A stretch of 64,000 nucleotides of DNA from an uncultured Bacteroidaceae bacterium (GTDB lineage: Bacteria > CAIWAD01): assembly GCA_964345075.1 (NCBI GenBank), contig CAYFPS010000001.1, positions 133,726-197,725 on the forward strand. Reading direction: 5' to 3'. Positions 17,414-29,498 of this stretch are shown piece after piece; positions within the stretch are counted from its first letter, which is position 1, and each line of letters opens with the position of its first letter. The translations under genes and the position numbers were made by a program. The notes below the pieces were generated by a model. The model saw only the letters and a list, made by a program, of their open reading frames with translations. It had not been told where the DNA came from and made no database searches.

Positions 17414-20400
17414 CTAGCTGCCCGCCACAACGCTGTGCCCGCTCATGATTTCCTTCAGCTCTTCCAGCGTCTGCGTAGTGATATCCAGACGGTACTTGTC
17501 GCTCTTGAAGAGCACGGGCACGCCGTCACGCCCGATCAAGCGGAAGAAAACTTCGCCCTGGCCGGGATGAGCACGCAGGAAGTTCTCCATGCGCTCCAGA
17601 TCTGGACTTGCCAGCAGCGACGCATCAATGCTGATGGTCACACGACTGGCCGAGCGTCCGAGCACGGCCTCGAGCGGCGTAACCTTCTCCACAATCAGCA
17701 GGACATCGTCGGCGTCCTTGATTGAGAGGCGGCCATTCAGGGCCACCAGCGCGTCGGCGTCGAGCATCTCCTGATACTGGATCAGCTGCTCTTCGAAAAT
17801 CATGAACTTGAGCGTGCCCGTAAAATCATCGATGGCGCCCAGTCCCATGCGCTTGTCACGGCGGTTGATCATGGTGCGCCAGCTGCTGATCATGCCGCAA
17901 GCCATGACAGAAGCCTTGTCCCCCAGATCCCCCACCTGCGCCAGCGGCCGGGTGGAAAAGTTCTCCACGATCTCGCGAAAGCGCTCCAGCGGGTGGCCGG
18001 AAACATATATGCCGATCAGGTCCTTTTCGCGCTTGAGGCGTTCCGCTTCTTCCCAGACAGGAACATCTTCCAGCTCCGGGGCGGCCAGCGCGACCTCCTC
18101 TGTATCACCAAAGAGGCTCACCTGATTCATGGCCGCCTGGCGGGCCGAGGCCTGCGCGTAGGCCACCAGCTGCGGAATGGCACAGAAGAGCCTCGCCCGG
18201 TTCTCCTCGAACTCGTCAAAAGCGCCTACCTGAATCAGGCTTTCAAGCACCTTGCTGTTGACCCGTGATCCATCCACACGGCCCATGAAGTCGAAGATAT
18301 CCTTGAAGGGGCCCTCTTCCAGACGCTTTTCCACCATGCTTTGAATGGCTGTATCACCGACATTCTTGATCGCGCCCAGACCAAAGCGAATGCCGTCCTC
18401 AACCACATGAAAATCACGGAAGCTGTGATTCACGTGGGGCGGATGCACGGCAATGCCGAACTTCCTGCACTCTTCAAGGAAGACGACCATTTTCTTGGTG
18501 TCGTGCATTTCGTCCGTCATCACGGCAGCGAGGAATTCGGCCGTGTAGTTTGCCTTCAGGTAGCCCGTCTGGTAGGCCAGCCAGGCATAAGCCGCGCTGT
18601 GACTTTTGTTGAACCCATATGAAGCAAAGCGCTCGAGCAGGTCCCAGACTTCCAGCGTGATCTTTTCCGGGATCTTGCGCTCGGAGGCCCCGCGGACGAA
18701 GTCGACCTTCATGGCCGCCATCACATCCAGCTTCTTCTTGCCCATGGCGCGCCGCATTTCATCGGCCTGTCCAAGCGGAAATCCGCCCACCGCCTGCGCA
18801 ATCTGCATCACCTGTTCCTGGTAAACGATGATGCCGTAGGTCACATTCAGGTACTGCTCGAGCACAGGGTGCAGGTAACTGACCTCTTCCCGCTCGTGCC
18901 TGCGCTCAATGTAGGTGGGAATGTTTTCCATCGGCCCCGGGCGGTAGAGCGCGTTCATGGCAATCAGATCGTCCAGACGGCTGGGCTGCAGCTTGCGCAG
19001 GTATTCGCGCATGCCTGAGCTTTCAAACTGGAAAATGCCGATTGTATCACCGCGGCCGAATAGCCTGAAGGTTTTCTCGTCATCACGGGGAATCGACTCA
19101 ATGTCGAATTCGATGCCGCGTTCACGCAGCCGGCGCTGGGTTTCCTTGATGATGGTTAGCGCGCGCAGGCCCAGGAAGTCCATCTTGAGCAGGCCGACCT
19201 CGTCGATCCAGCTGCCGTCCCACTGGGTCGTGATGTCACCGTCCTGGCCGCCCGCCCGCTGCAGGGGCACAAATTCCTGCAGCTCGCCCGGTGTGATCAC
19301 CACACCCGCAGCATGGATGCCCGTGGCGCGGTTAAGGCCCTCCAGGATCTCGGCATTCTTCCACATTTTCTCGTAGCGCGGATCACTCTTGATCAGCTCA
19401 TCGAGCTCGGGCACCTTGGCGCGGACATCGGGCAGCTTGACCTTCTTGTCCATGGCCATCTTGTCGGGGATCAGCTTGGTAAAGCGATCGGCCTCGGCAA
19501 AGGACAGCCCCAACACGCGGCACATGTCCTTGATCACGGCCTTCGTCATCAGGCGGCCAAAGGTCACAATCTGGGCGACATTCTTCTCGCCGTACTTTTG
19601 TCTCACATACTCGATCACATCGGCGCGATGCTTGTCCTCGAAATCGATATCGATATCGGGCATGGACACGCGCTCGGGATTGAGGAAACGCTCAAAGAGC
19701 AGATCGAACTCCAGCGGATCGATGTTGGTAATGCCCATCACAAAGGCCACCAGCGCGCCCGCCGCACTGCCACGACCCGGTCCGACGCGGATGTCGTTGT
19801 TGCGGGCGTAGTCGATAAAGTCCTTCACAATCAGGAAGTAGCCCGAGAAGCCCATCTTGCGTATCACGCCCATTTCGTAGCGCAGGCGATCCTCGGCTCC
19901 TTCCGGCACGGCATCACCGTAGCGCCACTTCAGGCCTTCAAGGCAAACCTCTTCGAAGTAGTCATCCAGCGTCTTGGCCTTGCTGCTGGAGGGAATCGGA
20001 AAGACCGGAATCTGCCTGGAATCAAAATCAAGTGATACATCACACTTGTCGGCAATCTCCCGCGTGATACGACAGGCATCCTGAAAGTCGGGGAAGGCCG
20101 CGTACATCTCTTCGGCACTCTTGAAGTAGAGCTGATCCGTGTTGTAGCGCATGCTCTTGGGATCGTGCGTTTTCTGATCCCGCACACAGATGTACATGTC
20201 GTGGGCGTATACGTGATCGGCCGCCAGATAATGGATGTCGTTGGTGGCGACAAGCGGAATGGCCAGCGCCTCCGACAATTCCTTCATGCGGACACGGGCG
20301 ATGTCTTCTTCCGGAATGTGATGGTTCTGCACTTCCAGATAGAAGTCGTCACCAAAAAGCTCGCGGTAGGCAAGGGCACAGCGCTTGGCTTCGTTCCAGT

Positions 20401-20854
20401 CTTCCTTGAGCAGCGCCTGATTCACCTCGCCGCCCAGGCAGGCCGTCTGGGCAATCAGCCCCTTGTGATACTTCTGAATCAGCTCCCAGTCCACGCGCGG
20501 CCGGTAGTAGTAGCCTTCGATATAACCGGCGCTCACCAGCCGGAGCAGGTTCTGGTAGCCTTCCTTGTCCTTGGCCAGCAGAACCAGGTGGAAGTAGTTC
20601 TTCTTGCCCGGCACTCGCTGCTTTTCGTGCCTGCTGCCATTGGCCACATAGACCTCGCAGCCAATGATCGGCTTGACCTTCTGCTTTCGGGCTTCTTTGT
20701 AGAAATCCAGCACGCCGTAAAGGTTGCCATGATCGGTCAGGGCAAAGGCGTCCATGCCGTATTCCACGCAGCGACCGACCAGCTGGTCCACCTTGGCGGC
20801 GCCATCCAGAAGCGAATAATGACTGTGATTGTGCAGGTGTATGAACTCGGGCAT
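17414..20854 (-). CDS. dnaE: DNA polymerase III alpha subunit
   Basis: MPEFIHLHNHSHYSLLDGA PHP-domain start. 1146 aa. Confidence 0.95.
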   Translation of the reverse strand: MPEFIHLHNHSHYSLLDGAAKVDQLVGRCVEYGMDAFALTDHGNLYGVLDFYKEARKQKVKPIIGCEVYVANGSRHEKQRVPGKKNYFHLVLLAKDKEGYQNLLRLVSAGYIEGYYYRPRVDWELIQKYHKGLIAQTACLGGEVNQALLKEDWNEAKRCALAYRELFGDDFYLEVQNHHIPEEDIARVRMKELSEALAIPLVATNDIHYLAADHVYAHDMYICVRDQKTHDPKSMRYNTDQLYFKSAEEMYAAFPDFQDACRITREIADKCDVSLDFDSRQIPVFPIPSSSKAKTLDDYFEEVCLEGLKWRYGDAVPEGAEDRLRYEMGVIRKMGFSGYFLIVKDFIDYARNNDIRVGPGRGSAAGALVAFVMGITNIDPLEFDLLFERFLNPERVSMPDIDIDFEDKHRADVIEYVRQKYGEKNVAQIVTFGRLMTKAVIKDMCRVLGLSFAEADRFTKLIPDKMAMDKKVKLPDVRAKVPELDELIKSDPRYEKMWKNAEILEGLNRATGIHAAGVVITPGELQEFVPLQRAGGQDGDITTQWDGSWIDEVGLLKMDFLGLRALTIIKETQRRLRERGIEFDIESIPRDDEKTFRLFGRGDTIGIFQFESSGMREYLRKLQPSRLDDLIAMNALYRPGPMENIPTYIERRHEREEVSYLHPVLEQYLNVTYGIIVYQEQVMQIAQAVGGFPLGQADEMRRAMGKKKLDVMAAMKVDFVRGASERKIPEKITLEVWDLLERFASYGFNKSHSAAYAWLAYQTGYLKANYTAEFLAAVMTDEMHDTKKMVVFLEECRKFGIAVHPPHVNHSFRDFHVVEDGIRFGLGAIKNVGDTAIQSMVEKRLEEGPFKDIFDFMGRVDGSRVNSKVLESLIQVGAFDEFEENRARLFCAIPQLVAYAQASARQAAMNQVSLFGDTEEVALAAPELEDVPVWEEAERLKREKDLIGIYVSGHPLERFREIVENFSTRPLAQVGDLGDKASVMACGMISSWRTMINRRDKRMGLGAIDDFTGTLKFMIFEEQLIQYQEMLDADALVALNGRLSIKDADDVLLIVEKVTPLEAVLGRSASRVTISIDASLLASPDLERMENFLRAHPGQGEVFFRLIGRDGVPVLFKSDKYRLDITTQTLEELKEIMSGHSVVAGS

Positions 20855-20963
20855 CGTGATCCTTTCAGGCCACCCGGATCGAACTGGAGGGTTCCGGGAA
20901 CAGCAGAAGATAAGGTAGGGATGGACGCTGCCGTGACCAAGCCTGCGGGCTCATTTCCTACCT

Positions 20964-22007
20964 TTGGCCATGCGAATTTCATGGATCCTCCTGCTGCTTG
21001 CGGCTTTTGCCCTGGCCGCTCCCTGCGAAGAAGTTGAAGCCACCAGGCGCGAGCTCAAGCTGGCGCTCTTTCCCGCCTTTGCCTGGATGCCCGAAACACG
21101 GGCCGTTGGCGGCGCTTACCTGCAGGGCATTGTCAAGGGTGACAGCCTGACCCACGATGGGCAGATTGCCCTTTACGCGGTGGCCACCCAGAACAAACAG
21201 GCCGAAATCGGTTTCATTCCTGAAACCTGGTGGCAACAAAACCGCTGGATGAGTCGCTTTGAAATCAGCTACCAGAAATGGCCAAGCGAGGTCTACGGCA
21301 TTGGCATGGACAGCCGCGAAGAGGACGCAAGCACCTTCAGCAGTGAAGGTCTGAAGCTGGAATTCCTCTTGCGGCGCGAACTGAGCCCCGGCCTCTACGC
21401 AGGACTTTATGCCATCTACCGGCAGGAGAGCTTTCAGGAACCGGGCGATGGCTTCATCTGGATGGAGGATGATGGGCGTGACGCGGGGCTTGGTCTCGAT
21501 CTTAGCTACGACACCCGCCGGTCAACGCTGCTTCCCGGTAGCGGCATGTATCACCAGCTGAGGTTGATTCGCCATGCCGGCTTCTCTGATCATGTGCGAA
21601 CGCGCCTGCTGGCCGACCTCCGTCTGTATCACAATCCAGGCCCCGTTCAGCTGGCCATACAGCTCGCGCTGGATCACACTCGCGGCGCAGCGGGCCTGAG
21701 TCAAATGGCCGAGCTGGGTGAATACCTGAGGGCCTATGGTGATACACGCTTCATTGATCGAAGCCTGGCCGCGTTAAGAGTGGAAGCCCGGCGGCATTTG
21801 TTCTGGCGCTTTGGCGCGGTTGCCTTTCTGGAAACGGGATCGGTTGCGCCCGGCCTGCCTGAGCTCGCCGAAACCGAATGGAAACTTTCGCCCGGCCTTG
21901 GGGGGCGCTTTCAGATGATTGAAGGCGAGGATCTTAATCTTCGTCTGGACGCTGCTTTTGGCGACGAGGGTGTCGCCGTTTATCTGAGGCTGGGCGAGGA
22001 GTTCTGA
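20964..22007 (+). CDS. Outer-membrane beta-barrel protein (Omp85 / surface-antigen-like domain)
   Basis: Signal peptide MAMRISWILLLLAAFALA. Alternating beta-strand pattern. C-terminal aromatic residue (...YLRLGEEF). Confidence 0.5.
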   Translation: MAMRISWILLLLAAFALAAPCEEVEATRRELKLALFPAFAWMPETRAVGGAYLQGIVKGDSLTHDGQIALYAVATQNKQAEIGFIPETWWQQNRWMSRFEISYQKWPSEVYGIGMDSREEDASTFSSEGLKLEFLLRRELSPGLYAGLYAIYRQESFQEPGDGFIWMEDDGRDAGLGLDLSYDTRRSTLLPGSGMYHQLRLIRHAGFSDHVRTRLLADLRLYHNPGPVQLAIQLALDHTRGAAGLSQMAELGEYLRAYGDTRFIDRSLAALRVEARRHLFWRFGAVAFLETGSVAPGLPELAETEWKLSPGLGGRFQMIEGEDLNLRLDAAFGDEGVAVYLRLGEEF

Positions 22008-23612
22008 TCAGGCCTGATCCAGCAACCTGGCGGCGGCTTCCTGGTCCTTGACTGTATCACGACCGGACTGCAGGCGGGCCAGATGCAGAATGCGCGCTTC
22101 ACGATCAAGGAAGCCCGCCTCCACACGAGTGTGTGAGCCCTCCGAGAACTTCTCCACGCCCAACTGCTGGTCCGCCGCTGCGGCGATCTGCGGTAAATGT
22201 GTAATACATAGTAGCTGATGCTGCGCAGCCAGCCTGCGCATCAGGCCGGCTACAGCAAGCGCAGCGCGCCCGCTGATACCGCTGTCAATTTCATCGAAAA
22301 TCAGGCACTGATTGTGCTCATCCTTCAGTAACAGACTTTTGAAGGCCAGCATGATGCGGCTGAGCTCGCCACCAGAGGCGATTTCCTCCAGCGGGCCCAG
22401 CGGTGTATCCGGATTGGTGGAAACCAGAAAGCGCGGGGCCTCCGCTCCGTCTGCAGCAAAGGGACTGCCGGCAGGTTCCATGGCCACAACCAGCCTGCCC
22501 GCCGGGATGCCGAGCTCTTCAAGCAGCGGCTCCAGCTCGCGGGTGAGTCGCTCTGCAGCAATCTGACGAGCCTTTGTCAGAGCGGCGCGGGCGCCTTCCA
22601 GCTCCAGACGCAGTCGCTGTTCTTCACGCTCAGCCAGTTGAATCTCACGGAGCAGGGCGTGACTCTGGTCTGCCGCTCGCAACAGCTCCTCTCTGCGCTC
22701 CAGCAGGGCATCCAGAGTGCCGCCGTATTTGCGAATCATGCGGTCCAGCAGCTCAAGACGCTCGCGGACCCGGGCCAGTCGCTCCGGGTCCAGCTCCAGC
22801 GAGTCGGCGCGATCCCGACAAAGGCTTGCTGCTTCCTGAAGATGCTCGCCTGCCTCGAAGAGCATCTGATAAGGCGAATTGAAGCTGGAGTCGAGTTTGG
22901 CCGCGCGCTCCAGCTCGCGCCTTAGCACCATCAGTTGATCATGGAGATTCTGATCGCCCTCGAAGAGGGCTTCTGTCACCTGGCCGGCGCGCTGCTTGAG
23001 CTCTTCCACGTTGGCCAGGACGCGATGCTCGTCCTCCAGCTGCTTGTCCTCGCCGGGTTTTGCGTCCAGCTCGTCCAGCTCGGCCAGCTGAAAGGCACGA
23101 AGCTCCTTCAACTCTTCTTCCCGGGCGAGCTGCCTGTTAAGGCCGTCGAGCCCCTGTTTGCAGGTATTCCAGTCCTGCCAGACAGCCTGGTGTGAGGCTC
23201 GTGAAGGCGCGACCTCACGCATGGAATCAAGCAGGATCATGTGGCGGGCAGGATCAAGCAGCTGACTCAGATCACGCTGACCATGAAGGTCGGCAAGGCG
23301 TGGCGCCAACTCTTTCAGGTCCTTCTGCAGAATGGGCTCACCATTGAGTGTAACACGGCTGCGTCCGGCTTGAAACTCCCGTCGTACAAGCCAGAAGCGG
23401 TCTTCTGCTGCAAACTCGCACTGAACCAATGACAGCTTGTCTTCTGGCAGCATCTCCCGTGATACACGGGCGCCCAGAGCTGCCGAGACAGCTCCCAGCA
23501 GCATGGACTTGCCTGCGCCAGTTTCTCCGGTGATCGAGGTAAATCCTGTGGGAAGCTCGATGCTCAAGGATCGAACAAGGCCGAAGTTCTCGATGTGAAG
23601 GCGGCGCAGCAT
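22008..23612 (-). CDS. recN: DNA repair protein RecN
   Basis: MLRRLHIENFGLV...ITGETGAGKSML Walker A motif. Coiled-coil middle region. 534 aa. Confidence 0.9.
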   Translation of the reverse strand: MLRRLHIENFGLVRSLSIELPTGFTSITGETGAGKSMLLGAVSAALGARVSREMLPEDKLSLVQCEFAAEDRFWLVRREFQAGRSRVTLNGEPILQKDLKELAPRLADLHGQRDLSQLLDPARHMILLDSMREVAPSRASHQAVWQDWNTCKQGLDGLNRQLAREEELKELRAFQLAELDELDAKPGEDKQLEDEHRVLANVEELKQRAGQVTEALFEGDQNLHDQLMVLRRELERAAKLDSSFNSPYQMLFEAGEHLQEAASLCRDRADSLELDPERLARVRERLELLDRMIRKYGGTLDALLERREELLRAADQSHALLREIQLAEREEQRLRLELEGARAALTKARQIAAERLTRELEPLLEELGIPAGRLVVAMEPAGSPFAADGAEAPRFLVSTNPDTPLGPLEEIASGGELSRIMLAFKSLLLKDEHNQCLIFDEIDSGISGRAALAVAGLMRRLAAQHQLLCITHLPQIAAAADQQLGVEKFSEGSHTRVEAGFLDREARILHLARLQSGRDTVKDQEAAARLLDQA

Positions 23613-23621
23613 GCTCGTCCT

Positions 23622-25952
23622 TTAGCGAATGATCGCAACCTTGCCTTCTGCACTACCACCACTGGAGGTGACCAGCAGAAGATAGACGCCCGGATCCAAC
23701 AGCTGGCCGGCTGTATCACGACCATCCCAGCCACGCTCGATTTCCAGCAGATCCAGCTCGCGCAGAACGCGGCCATCCAGCGAGTAAACCGCCATGCGCG
23801 CATTATTGGCCAGTCCACCCGCCTTTACGAGAGCACGATTGCTGCCGTCCGGCCTGAAGGGGTTGGGGTACATGTGCACGGTTTCGGCCGGGCTGCTCCC
23901 GTAGTCCAGAGCTCCTGTATCACAGACAAAGAAGCCGACGTTCGTTGCCGCCCAGATTTCGCCCGTCTGCGGATGGATGACGACTTCATTCACGGTAATG
24001 CCGCTCTGGGAACGAAGGAGATCCTGCAGGTCACTGGCCACAACAGGATCCTCAAAAGCCGCAACTCGCGGATCGTATACATTGAGGCCGGAAGAAGAGC
24101 CCAGCCAGACCCGGCCGCGGCCATCCATCGAAAGGCTGCTCAGGTTCTCGTTGACCAGTCCTTCCAGAAAGAGCACACGGCTGAACTGGGCAACACCCCC
24201 GTATACGCCGCCCTGATAGAATCCGTTGGTCGTGGCAATCCAGAGATTGTCCTCGGCATCGCTGGCAAAGCCGCTGATATAGCCGATGGACTCAAAACCG
24301 AAATTGTAGAGCTCACTGGAAAGCGTAAAGACCTCGTCCTGCCAGTTGCGCAAAAGAGACGGGCTGTTGCCCATACTGCGAAAGCGCAGAACACGCTTGG
24401 TTTCGTCACGCGCATCCTTGCCGGCAATTCCGGCCCAGACACTGCCGTCCACACCACGATGAATCCAGTAAGGAAAGCGAACGCCCGCCTGCGGATAATA
24501 AGCGCGGCCGAAGGGCTCATCCGGATTATCAAACCAGGCGGCTGGCACAACCACCAGACAGGAATCGTCAAGGGCCTGGTGATTGACGACCCAGACATTG
24601 CCCTGCTCGTCGAGCTCTACATCGGAGACCAGCGGAAAGCTCGCGCCTTCGCCCACCTGATTGTTGCGAAAGCCGACAATCTGCTGGCCGGCGGGACTGT
24701 CCCAGCTGAAGCGTGATACATCGCCACTTGCCGGCAGATAGCGCCCGAGGCCCTTGCCCCAGGTTCCAAACCAGACACCACCTTCTGGATCACATGCAAG
24801 GCTTGTCGGGTAGTTGCCCATGATGCCCGTGCCGGGCAACCAGGCATCCCATTCGCCATCAGCCAGGTGATACAAACCATTGCGCGCTGTGTTCGCGGCC
24901 ACGCCAACAGCCCACAGGCTGCCATCGTCCGCGACATCCAGATCCACGAATTCATCAGCCGAAGGCACATTGGGAATGTGTTCTTCGACCTCGCCTGAGG
25001 CCGTCACCTTGAGCAGGCCGCCGGACAGAGTTCCCGGACTGCGTGCCAGCCAGAGATCGCCAGCAAGAAAGCAGGAGGCTTCCATGCGCCCAGCAAGCTC
25101 AAGAGCGCCCGTGTTACCAGAACGGAAAAGGTGACTTGTCTGGTCATCGCCCAGAAGCAGGGCCCACTCATTTTCGGTGGCAGACAAGGCAAGCAAGTCG
25201 AGGTCATCAACCGCAAGCTCTTCCACCATTGCGGTGGAGCCGTCCCAGTGCCCGAACCAGATCTCACCATCAGCATCCTTGACGGCCAGATGAAAACTGC
25301 CAGCGGAGTATTCAACTCGAGCCTGTGTCACAGCGCCGGGATAACTGTTTTCATTCAGCCGTGTCCAGCTGGCCGGTCGCTCCGGATAGCCACTGCCGAT
25401 GGCCGCACCCTGCGAGGTGACAACCAGCAGTTCGCCTCCGTGAGCACAGGCGGCAAGCACTTCTGTCTGCAGGGGAAAATCGGCAATCGAGTAGAGGTTC
25501 CAGTCGACAAGAAATTCGTCGGTGGCCGCCTGATAACTGAAGCGGGTCAGACCGAGCGAGTGACTGACCAGCACCGCACCTTCCGCGCCAAAGAGATCAT
25601 TCAGGCGCGAAATCAGACCGTGTTCGGCAAAGTCCATAAAGCCGCGGGAAGGGCTGCCGTCCAGAGCCAGCGCGCTGATGCTCAAATCCTGCCCGGCCCA
25701 GAAAAGGTTTCCCAGCCCATCGGCGCAGACATCCAGCTGATCCAGACTGCGCATGCCGTCGGCCAGACTCAGGTGCACCCACTCCTCACCGGCACCCGGC
25801 GAAAAGAGCACGGCCCCGCGGCTGCAGGCTGCGGCCAGACCCTCTTCATGGACGACCAGCGCGCTGATCTCCGTGTAGTCGGTCAGGTGCCGCCAGACCG
25901 AAGCCTGTGCGGAAAGCACCAACAGAAGCGGGACGGCCAGGAAAAATCTCAC
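23622..25952 (-). CDS. Secreted beta-propeller protein (two-component-regulator propeller-like repeats) with T9SS C-terminal sorting domain
   Basis: Signal peptide. Repeated [12 protein letters not shown]-like blades. C-terminus [10 protein letters not shown]...[14 protein letters not shown]...[22 protein letters not shown]. Confidence 0.7.
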   Translation of the reverse strand: MRFFLAVPLLLVLSAQASVWRHLTDYTEISALVVHEEGLAAACSRGAVLFSPGAGEEWVHLSLADGMRSLDQLDVCADGLGNLFWAGQDLSISALALDGSPSRGFMDFAEHGLISRLNDLFGAEGAVLVSHSLGLTRFSYQAATDEFLVDWNLYSIADFPLQTEVLAACAHGGELLVVTSQGAAIGSGYPERPASWTRLNENSYPGAVTQARVEYSAGSFHLAVKDADGEIWFGHWDGSTAMVEELAVDDLDLLALSATENEWALLLGDDQTSHLFRSGNTGALELAGRMEASCFLAGDLWLARSPGTLSGGLLKVTASGEVEEHIPNVPSADEFVDLDVADDGSLWAVGVAANTARNGLYHLADGEWDAWLPGTGIMGNYPTSLACDPEGGVWFGTWGKGLGRYLPASGDVSRFSWDSPAGQQIVGFRNNQVGEGASFPLVSDVELDEQGNVWVVNHQALDDSCLVVVPAAWFDNPDEPFGRAYYPQAGVRFPYWIHRGVDGSVWAGIAGKDARDETKRVLRFRSMGNSPSLLRNWQDEVFTLSSELYNFGFESIGYISGFASDAEDNLWIATTNGFYQGGVYGGVAQFSRVLFLEGLVNENLSSLSMDGRGRVWLGSSSGLNVYDPRVAAFEDPVVASDLQDLLRSQSGITVNEVVIHPQTGEIWAATNVGFFVCDTGALDYGSSPAETVHMYPNPFRPDGSNRALVKAGGLANNARMAVYSLDGRVLRELDLLEIERGWDGRDTAGQLLDPGVYLLLVTSSGGSAEGKVAIIR

Positions 25953-26419
25953 GCCTTTTCCAGACGCTTGAAGAGGTCGGCCATCTCAATTGCGGAAATG
26001 GCGGCATCCCAGCCCTTGTTGCCGGCCTTGGTTCCAGCGCGCTCAACGGCCTGCTCAATGGTGTCCGTGGTCAAAATGCCGTAGGAGACGGGCAGCTTGC
26101 TCTCCAGCATGACATGGGCGATGCCCTTGGCCGACTCGGAAGCCACATAGTCAAAGTGCGGGGTGGCACCTCGTATCACGGCCCCCAGACAGATGATCGC
26201 ATCCACCTTGCTGCTGTCGGCCAGCTTGGCCGCTGCCAGCGGAATCTCGAATGCACCAGGCACGCGCAGCAGGGTCACGGCTTCCCGCGATCCACCGTGG
26301 CGCTCGATGCAGTCCAGCGCACCGTCCAGGAGGCGGTTGCCGATCATGTCGTTGAAGCGCCCCAGCACAATACCGAAACGCAGTCCGGCGGCGTTCAGCT
26401 GTCCGTTGATTTCCTTCAT
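25949..26419 (-). CDS. ribH: 6,7-dimethyl-8-ribityllumazine synthase
   Basis: 156 aa. [16 protein letters not shown]...VPGAFEIP matches the RibH pattern. Confidence 0.9.
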   Translation of the reverse strand: MKEINGQLNAAGLRFGIVLGRFNDMIGNRLLDGALDCIERHGGSREAVTLLRVPGAFEIPLAAAKLADSSKVDAIICLGAVIRGATPHFDYVASESAKGIAHVMLESKLPVSYGILTTDTIEQAVERAGTKAGNKGWDAAISAIEMADLFKRLEKA

Positions 26420-26441
26420 GGGTCCTCCTCTGAGCGGAAAA

Positions 26442-27656
26442 TCACATGTTCAGCATGTGTCCCAGCTTGGTCTTCTTGGTTCGAAGATAACGTTCGTTGC
26501 TGTCGCAGTGCGGCATCTGAATCGGCACACGCTCGACAACCTCGATGCCAAAGCCCTTCAGGCCGACAATCTTGCGCGGATTGTTGGTCAACAGGCGAAT
26601 GCGCGTCAGTCCCAGTTCCTTCATGATCTGCGCGCCGATGCCATAGTTCCTGAGGTCCGGCGCGAAGCCAAGCTTCTCATTGGCCTCCACCGTGTCAGCG
26701 CCCCCATCCTGCAGAGCGTAAGCCTTAAGCTTGTTGGCCAGCCCGATGCCCCGGCCCTCCTGCCGCATGTAGAGCACGACACCACGCCCGGCTTCAGCCA
26801 CCAGCTCCATTGCGCGGTGCAGCTGATTACCGCAGTCGCAGCGCATGCTGCCAAAGACATCGCCCGTCAGACATTCCGAGTGGACGCGCACCAGTACGGG
26901 CTCGCCCTCCTGTGTGACATCGCCCAGCACGAGCGCCAGATGATCTCTCTTGTCCACCGGCGAATAGAAGTGATGCAGGCGGAAAGTTCCCCAGGGTGTG
27001 GGCATGTCAACCGAGACCCGTTCGGCCACCTGGGATTCCGTGTGCTGACGCCATGCAATCAAATCTTCGATGGTGATCATTTTGAGGCCGAAGGTCCGCT
27101 TGACCTGAACCAAATCGGGCACACGGGCCATGGTGCCGTCGTCGTTCATGATCTCGCAAAGAGCGCCAAGAGGCTTGCGACCGGCCAGCTGAGCCAGATC
27201 AACGGCGGCTTCCGTGTGACCTGCGCGTTGTATCACGCCGCCGCGCATGGCCATTAGCGGGTGAATGTGTCCTGGCCTGGCCAGGTCCTCGGGTCGGGCG
27301 TCCGGATCCGCCATGACCTGAATGGTCTTGGCGCGGTCTGCGGCGCTGATGCCTGTGGTGGTTCCCTCGACTGCGTCCACACTGACCGTGAAGGCTGTAG
27401 AATGGCGGGCCGTGTTCTTGCCCACCATCAGGTCAAGGTCAAGCTCCTTGCAGCGGTCCTTGGTCAGTGATACACAGATCATGCCTCGGCCGTGCTTGGC
27501 CATGAAGTTGACCTTTTCCGGTGTGATCAGATCCGCCGCCATGATGAAGTCACCCTCATTCTCGCGATCGTGATCATCTACCACAATGATAATCTCACCC
27601 CGGGCAATGGCCTCAAGGGCTTCTTCTATGGAATCGAACGGTTCTTGCGGGTTCAT
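26442..27656 (-). CDS. ribBA: Bifunctional 3,4-dihydroxy-2-butanone-4-phosphate synthase / GTP cyclohydrolase II
   Basis: 404 aa. DHBP synthase N-terminal half ([12 protein letters not shown]). GTP cyclohydrolase II C-terminal half (Cx[20 protein letters not shown]). Confidence 0.9.
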   Translation of the reverse strand: MNPQEPFDSIEEALEAIARGEIIIVVDDHDRENEGDFIMAADLITPEKVNFMAKHGRGMICVSLTKDRCKELDLDLMVGKNTARHSTAFTVSVDAVEGTTTGISAADRAKTIQVMADPDARPEDLARPGHIHPLMAMRGGVIQRAGHTEAAVDLAQLAGRKPLGALCEIMNDDGTMARVPDLVQVKRTFGLKMITIEDLIAWRQHTESQVAERVSVDMPTPWGTFRLHHFYSPVDKRDHLALVLGDVTQEGEPVLVRVHSECLTGDVFGSMRCDCGNQLHRAMELVAEAGRGVVLYMRQEGRGIGLANKLKAYALQDGGADTVEANEKLGFAPDLRNYGIGAQIMKELGLTRIRLLTNNPRKIVGLKGFGIEVVERVPIQMPHCDSNERYLRTKKTKLGHMLNM

Positions 27657-27669
27657 GGCCGTCTCCTTT

Positions 27670-28332
27670 TCAGTAACCCAGTTCGCGCAGGCGGTCCATG
27701 CTCAGATTTCCGCCAGCAGTGGGATCGCTATTGTGGCGAAGCAGCTGCTCCATGTACTTCGCCAGACAGTCAAATTCAACATTGATGCCGTCACCGGCGG
27801 AAAGCCGGCCCAGCAGTGTCGCTTCAAGCGTGTAGGGAATAAGCGCAACGCGTATCACGGCCTCCTGGCCTTCTACCAGAGCATCGTGACTCAGGGTCAG
27901 GCTGACGCCGTCCAGGCAGATCGATCCTGTGCGTGGCGTATAGCGCGCGAACTCAGCGGGCACAGCCAGGTGCAAAAGCTTACCCGGCCGCGCATCATCC
28001 AGCCGCCGGACACGCCCCACACAGTCCACATGGCCCTGCACAAAATGACCGCCCATTCGGGTGCTTGGCAGTAGCGCGCGCTCCAGATGCAGCCTGTCGC
28101 CCGCAACAAGCTTCCCGATGCCGGTCTTGGACAGTGTCTCGGCTACCGCCTGTACCCGGACCGTTTCCCCATTCCGTGATACAACCGTCAGGCAGACGCC
28201 ATTAACAGCAAGTGAATCTTCCGGCTTGACATCAGCAAGCACGCGATCACAGGCAATGAAAAGCTCAGCGCCATCTCCGGCTGGCGTGATGCGCTGCAGT
28301 GTGCCGATTTCTTCAACTATTCCGGTGAACAC
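27670..28332 (-). CDS. ribE: Riboflavin synthase alpha subunit
   Basis: (V)FTGIVEEIG... canonical start. AGGAGG lies upstream of a probable GTG start; the annotated ORF extends to 28371. Confidence 0.8.
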   Translation of the reverse strand: MFTGIVEEIGTLQRITPAGDGAELFIACDRVLADVKPEDSLAVNGVCLTVVSRNGETVRVQAVAETLSKTGIGKLVAGDRLHLERALLPSTRMGGHFVQGHVDCVGRVRRLDDARPGKLLHLAVPAEFARYTPRTGSICLDGVSLTLSHDALVEGQEAVIRVALIPYTLEATLLGRLSAGDGINVEFDCLAKYMEQLLRHNSDPTAGGNLSMDRLRELGY

Positions 28333-29387
28333 ACATCCTCCTGACGACGCCAGATGCGCCACATGTCGCAACCATGCCAGGTGGTCGCCAGCTGCTTCAA
28401 GCCAGACTGAAGCAGCCGCTCATTCGCGGGAGCAGGAACTCCTCCCGATAAATCAAGCGGTGATACAATCTGCACCGCCTCATCAACCAGGCCGGCTTCC
28501 AGAAACGACTCAAGCACGCGCACACCTCCCTCAACCAGCACACCATTCAGACCCCGGGATTGCAGGTCTTCCAGAAGTTCTTTCAAGGGCCAGCGCGGAA
28601 GGCTATCGTGTAATACAAACTCCAGCTCACGCCCGGCCAGCCGTGTTGCCAGCTGCTGATCAGTCTGCAATCCGGCATAAACAAGCGAACGCACACCTGC
28701 CGGCTTAAGGCCTTCTGCAGCGGCCAGCCTGGCCCTGCCATCCAGCACAACCCGGGCTGGCGCGTTTCCCGGTTTCCCGTCAAGACCCAGGCGCGGCCGG
28801 TCAACCAGAGCGGTCTGAGAACCAACAAGAATGGAGGGCAACCAGGAACGCAGCTGTATCACAGCCTTGCGGCTTTCCGCGCCGCTTATCGCCGAACGCC
28901 TGCCGGGCGCTTCAGCGATGAAGCCATCCCGGCTTTCGGCCCACTTAAGCAGCACGAAGGGCCTGCCCTTTTCTACAAAGGAAAAAAAGGGGGCATTGAG
29001 TCGCCGTGCCTCCAGTTCCAGCAGACCCACATCCACCTTGAGCCCAGCCCTGCGCATGCGGGAAAGCCCGCGCCCGGCCACCAAAGGGTTGGGATCGGGC
29101 GTTGCCACCACGACACGCTTTGGCCGGTAGGCGATGACCAGATCTGCACAGGGCGGCGTCATCCCCGTGTGCGAGCACGGCTCGAGGGTGACAAAGAGCG
29201 TGGCATCGGAAGCATCCTGCCTGGCAAGCTGCTTAAGGCAGTTCACCTCCGCATGGGCTTCGCCGGCCCGCTGGTGAGCGCCTTCGGCCAGTACCTCTCC
29301 GCCCCGGGCAAGCACAGCTCCCACCATCGGGTTGGGACTGGTGGCGCTGCCGGCCATTCGAGCCAGCATGAGCGCGCGGCGCATCAT
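28317..29387 (-). CDS. ribD: Bifunctional diaminohydroxyphosphoribosylaminopyrimidine deaminase / 5-amino-6-(5-phosphoribosylamino)uracil reductase
   Basis: MMRRALMLARMAG...HAEVNCL...LEPCSHTG deaminase zinc motif plus a reductase domain. Start ATG is at 29387. Confidence 0.9.
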   Translation of the reverse strand: MMRRALMLARMAGSATSPNPMVGAVLARGGEVLAEGAHQRAGEAHAEVNCLKQLARQDASDATLFVTLEPCSHTGMTPPCADLVIAYRPKRVVVATPDPNPLVAGRGLSRMRRAGLKVDVGLLELEARRLNAPFFSFVEKGRPFVLLKWAESRDGFIAEAPGRRSAISGAESRKAVIQLRSWLPSILVGSQTALVDRPRLGLDGKPGNAPARVVLDGRARLAAAEGLKPAGVRSLVYAGLQTDQQLATRLAGRELEFVLHDSLPRWPLKELLEDLQSRGLNGVLVEGGVRVLESFLEAGLVDEAVQIVSPLDLSGGVPAPANERLLQSGLKQLATTWHGCDMWRIWRRQEDVCSPE

Positions 29388-29498
29388 GGCAGTATCGGTC
29401 TGCGAAAACACGGCATCCTTACAGGCTGATGGGGAAAAGGAGAAAGTGGGCGCATAGCGCACCCTTGGCAGGCGGCAGGCACAGGACCCGTGGCTTGC

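Noticed and set aside
25131-27257. Long antisense ORFs (317 aa and 364 aa) overlapping the propeller gene, ribH and ribBA
   Set aside because: This is the high-GC antisense-frame openness typical of GC-rich genomes. The sense-strand genes have unambiguous homology.
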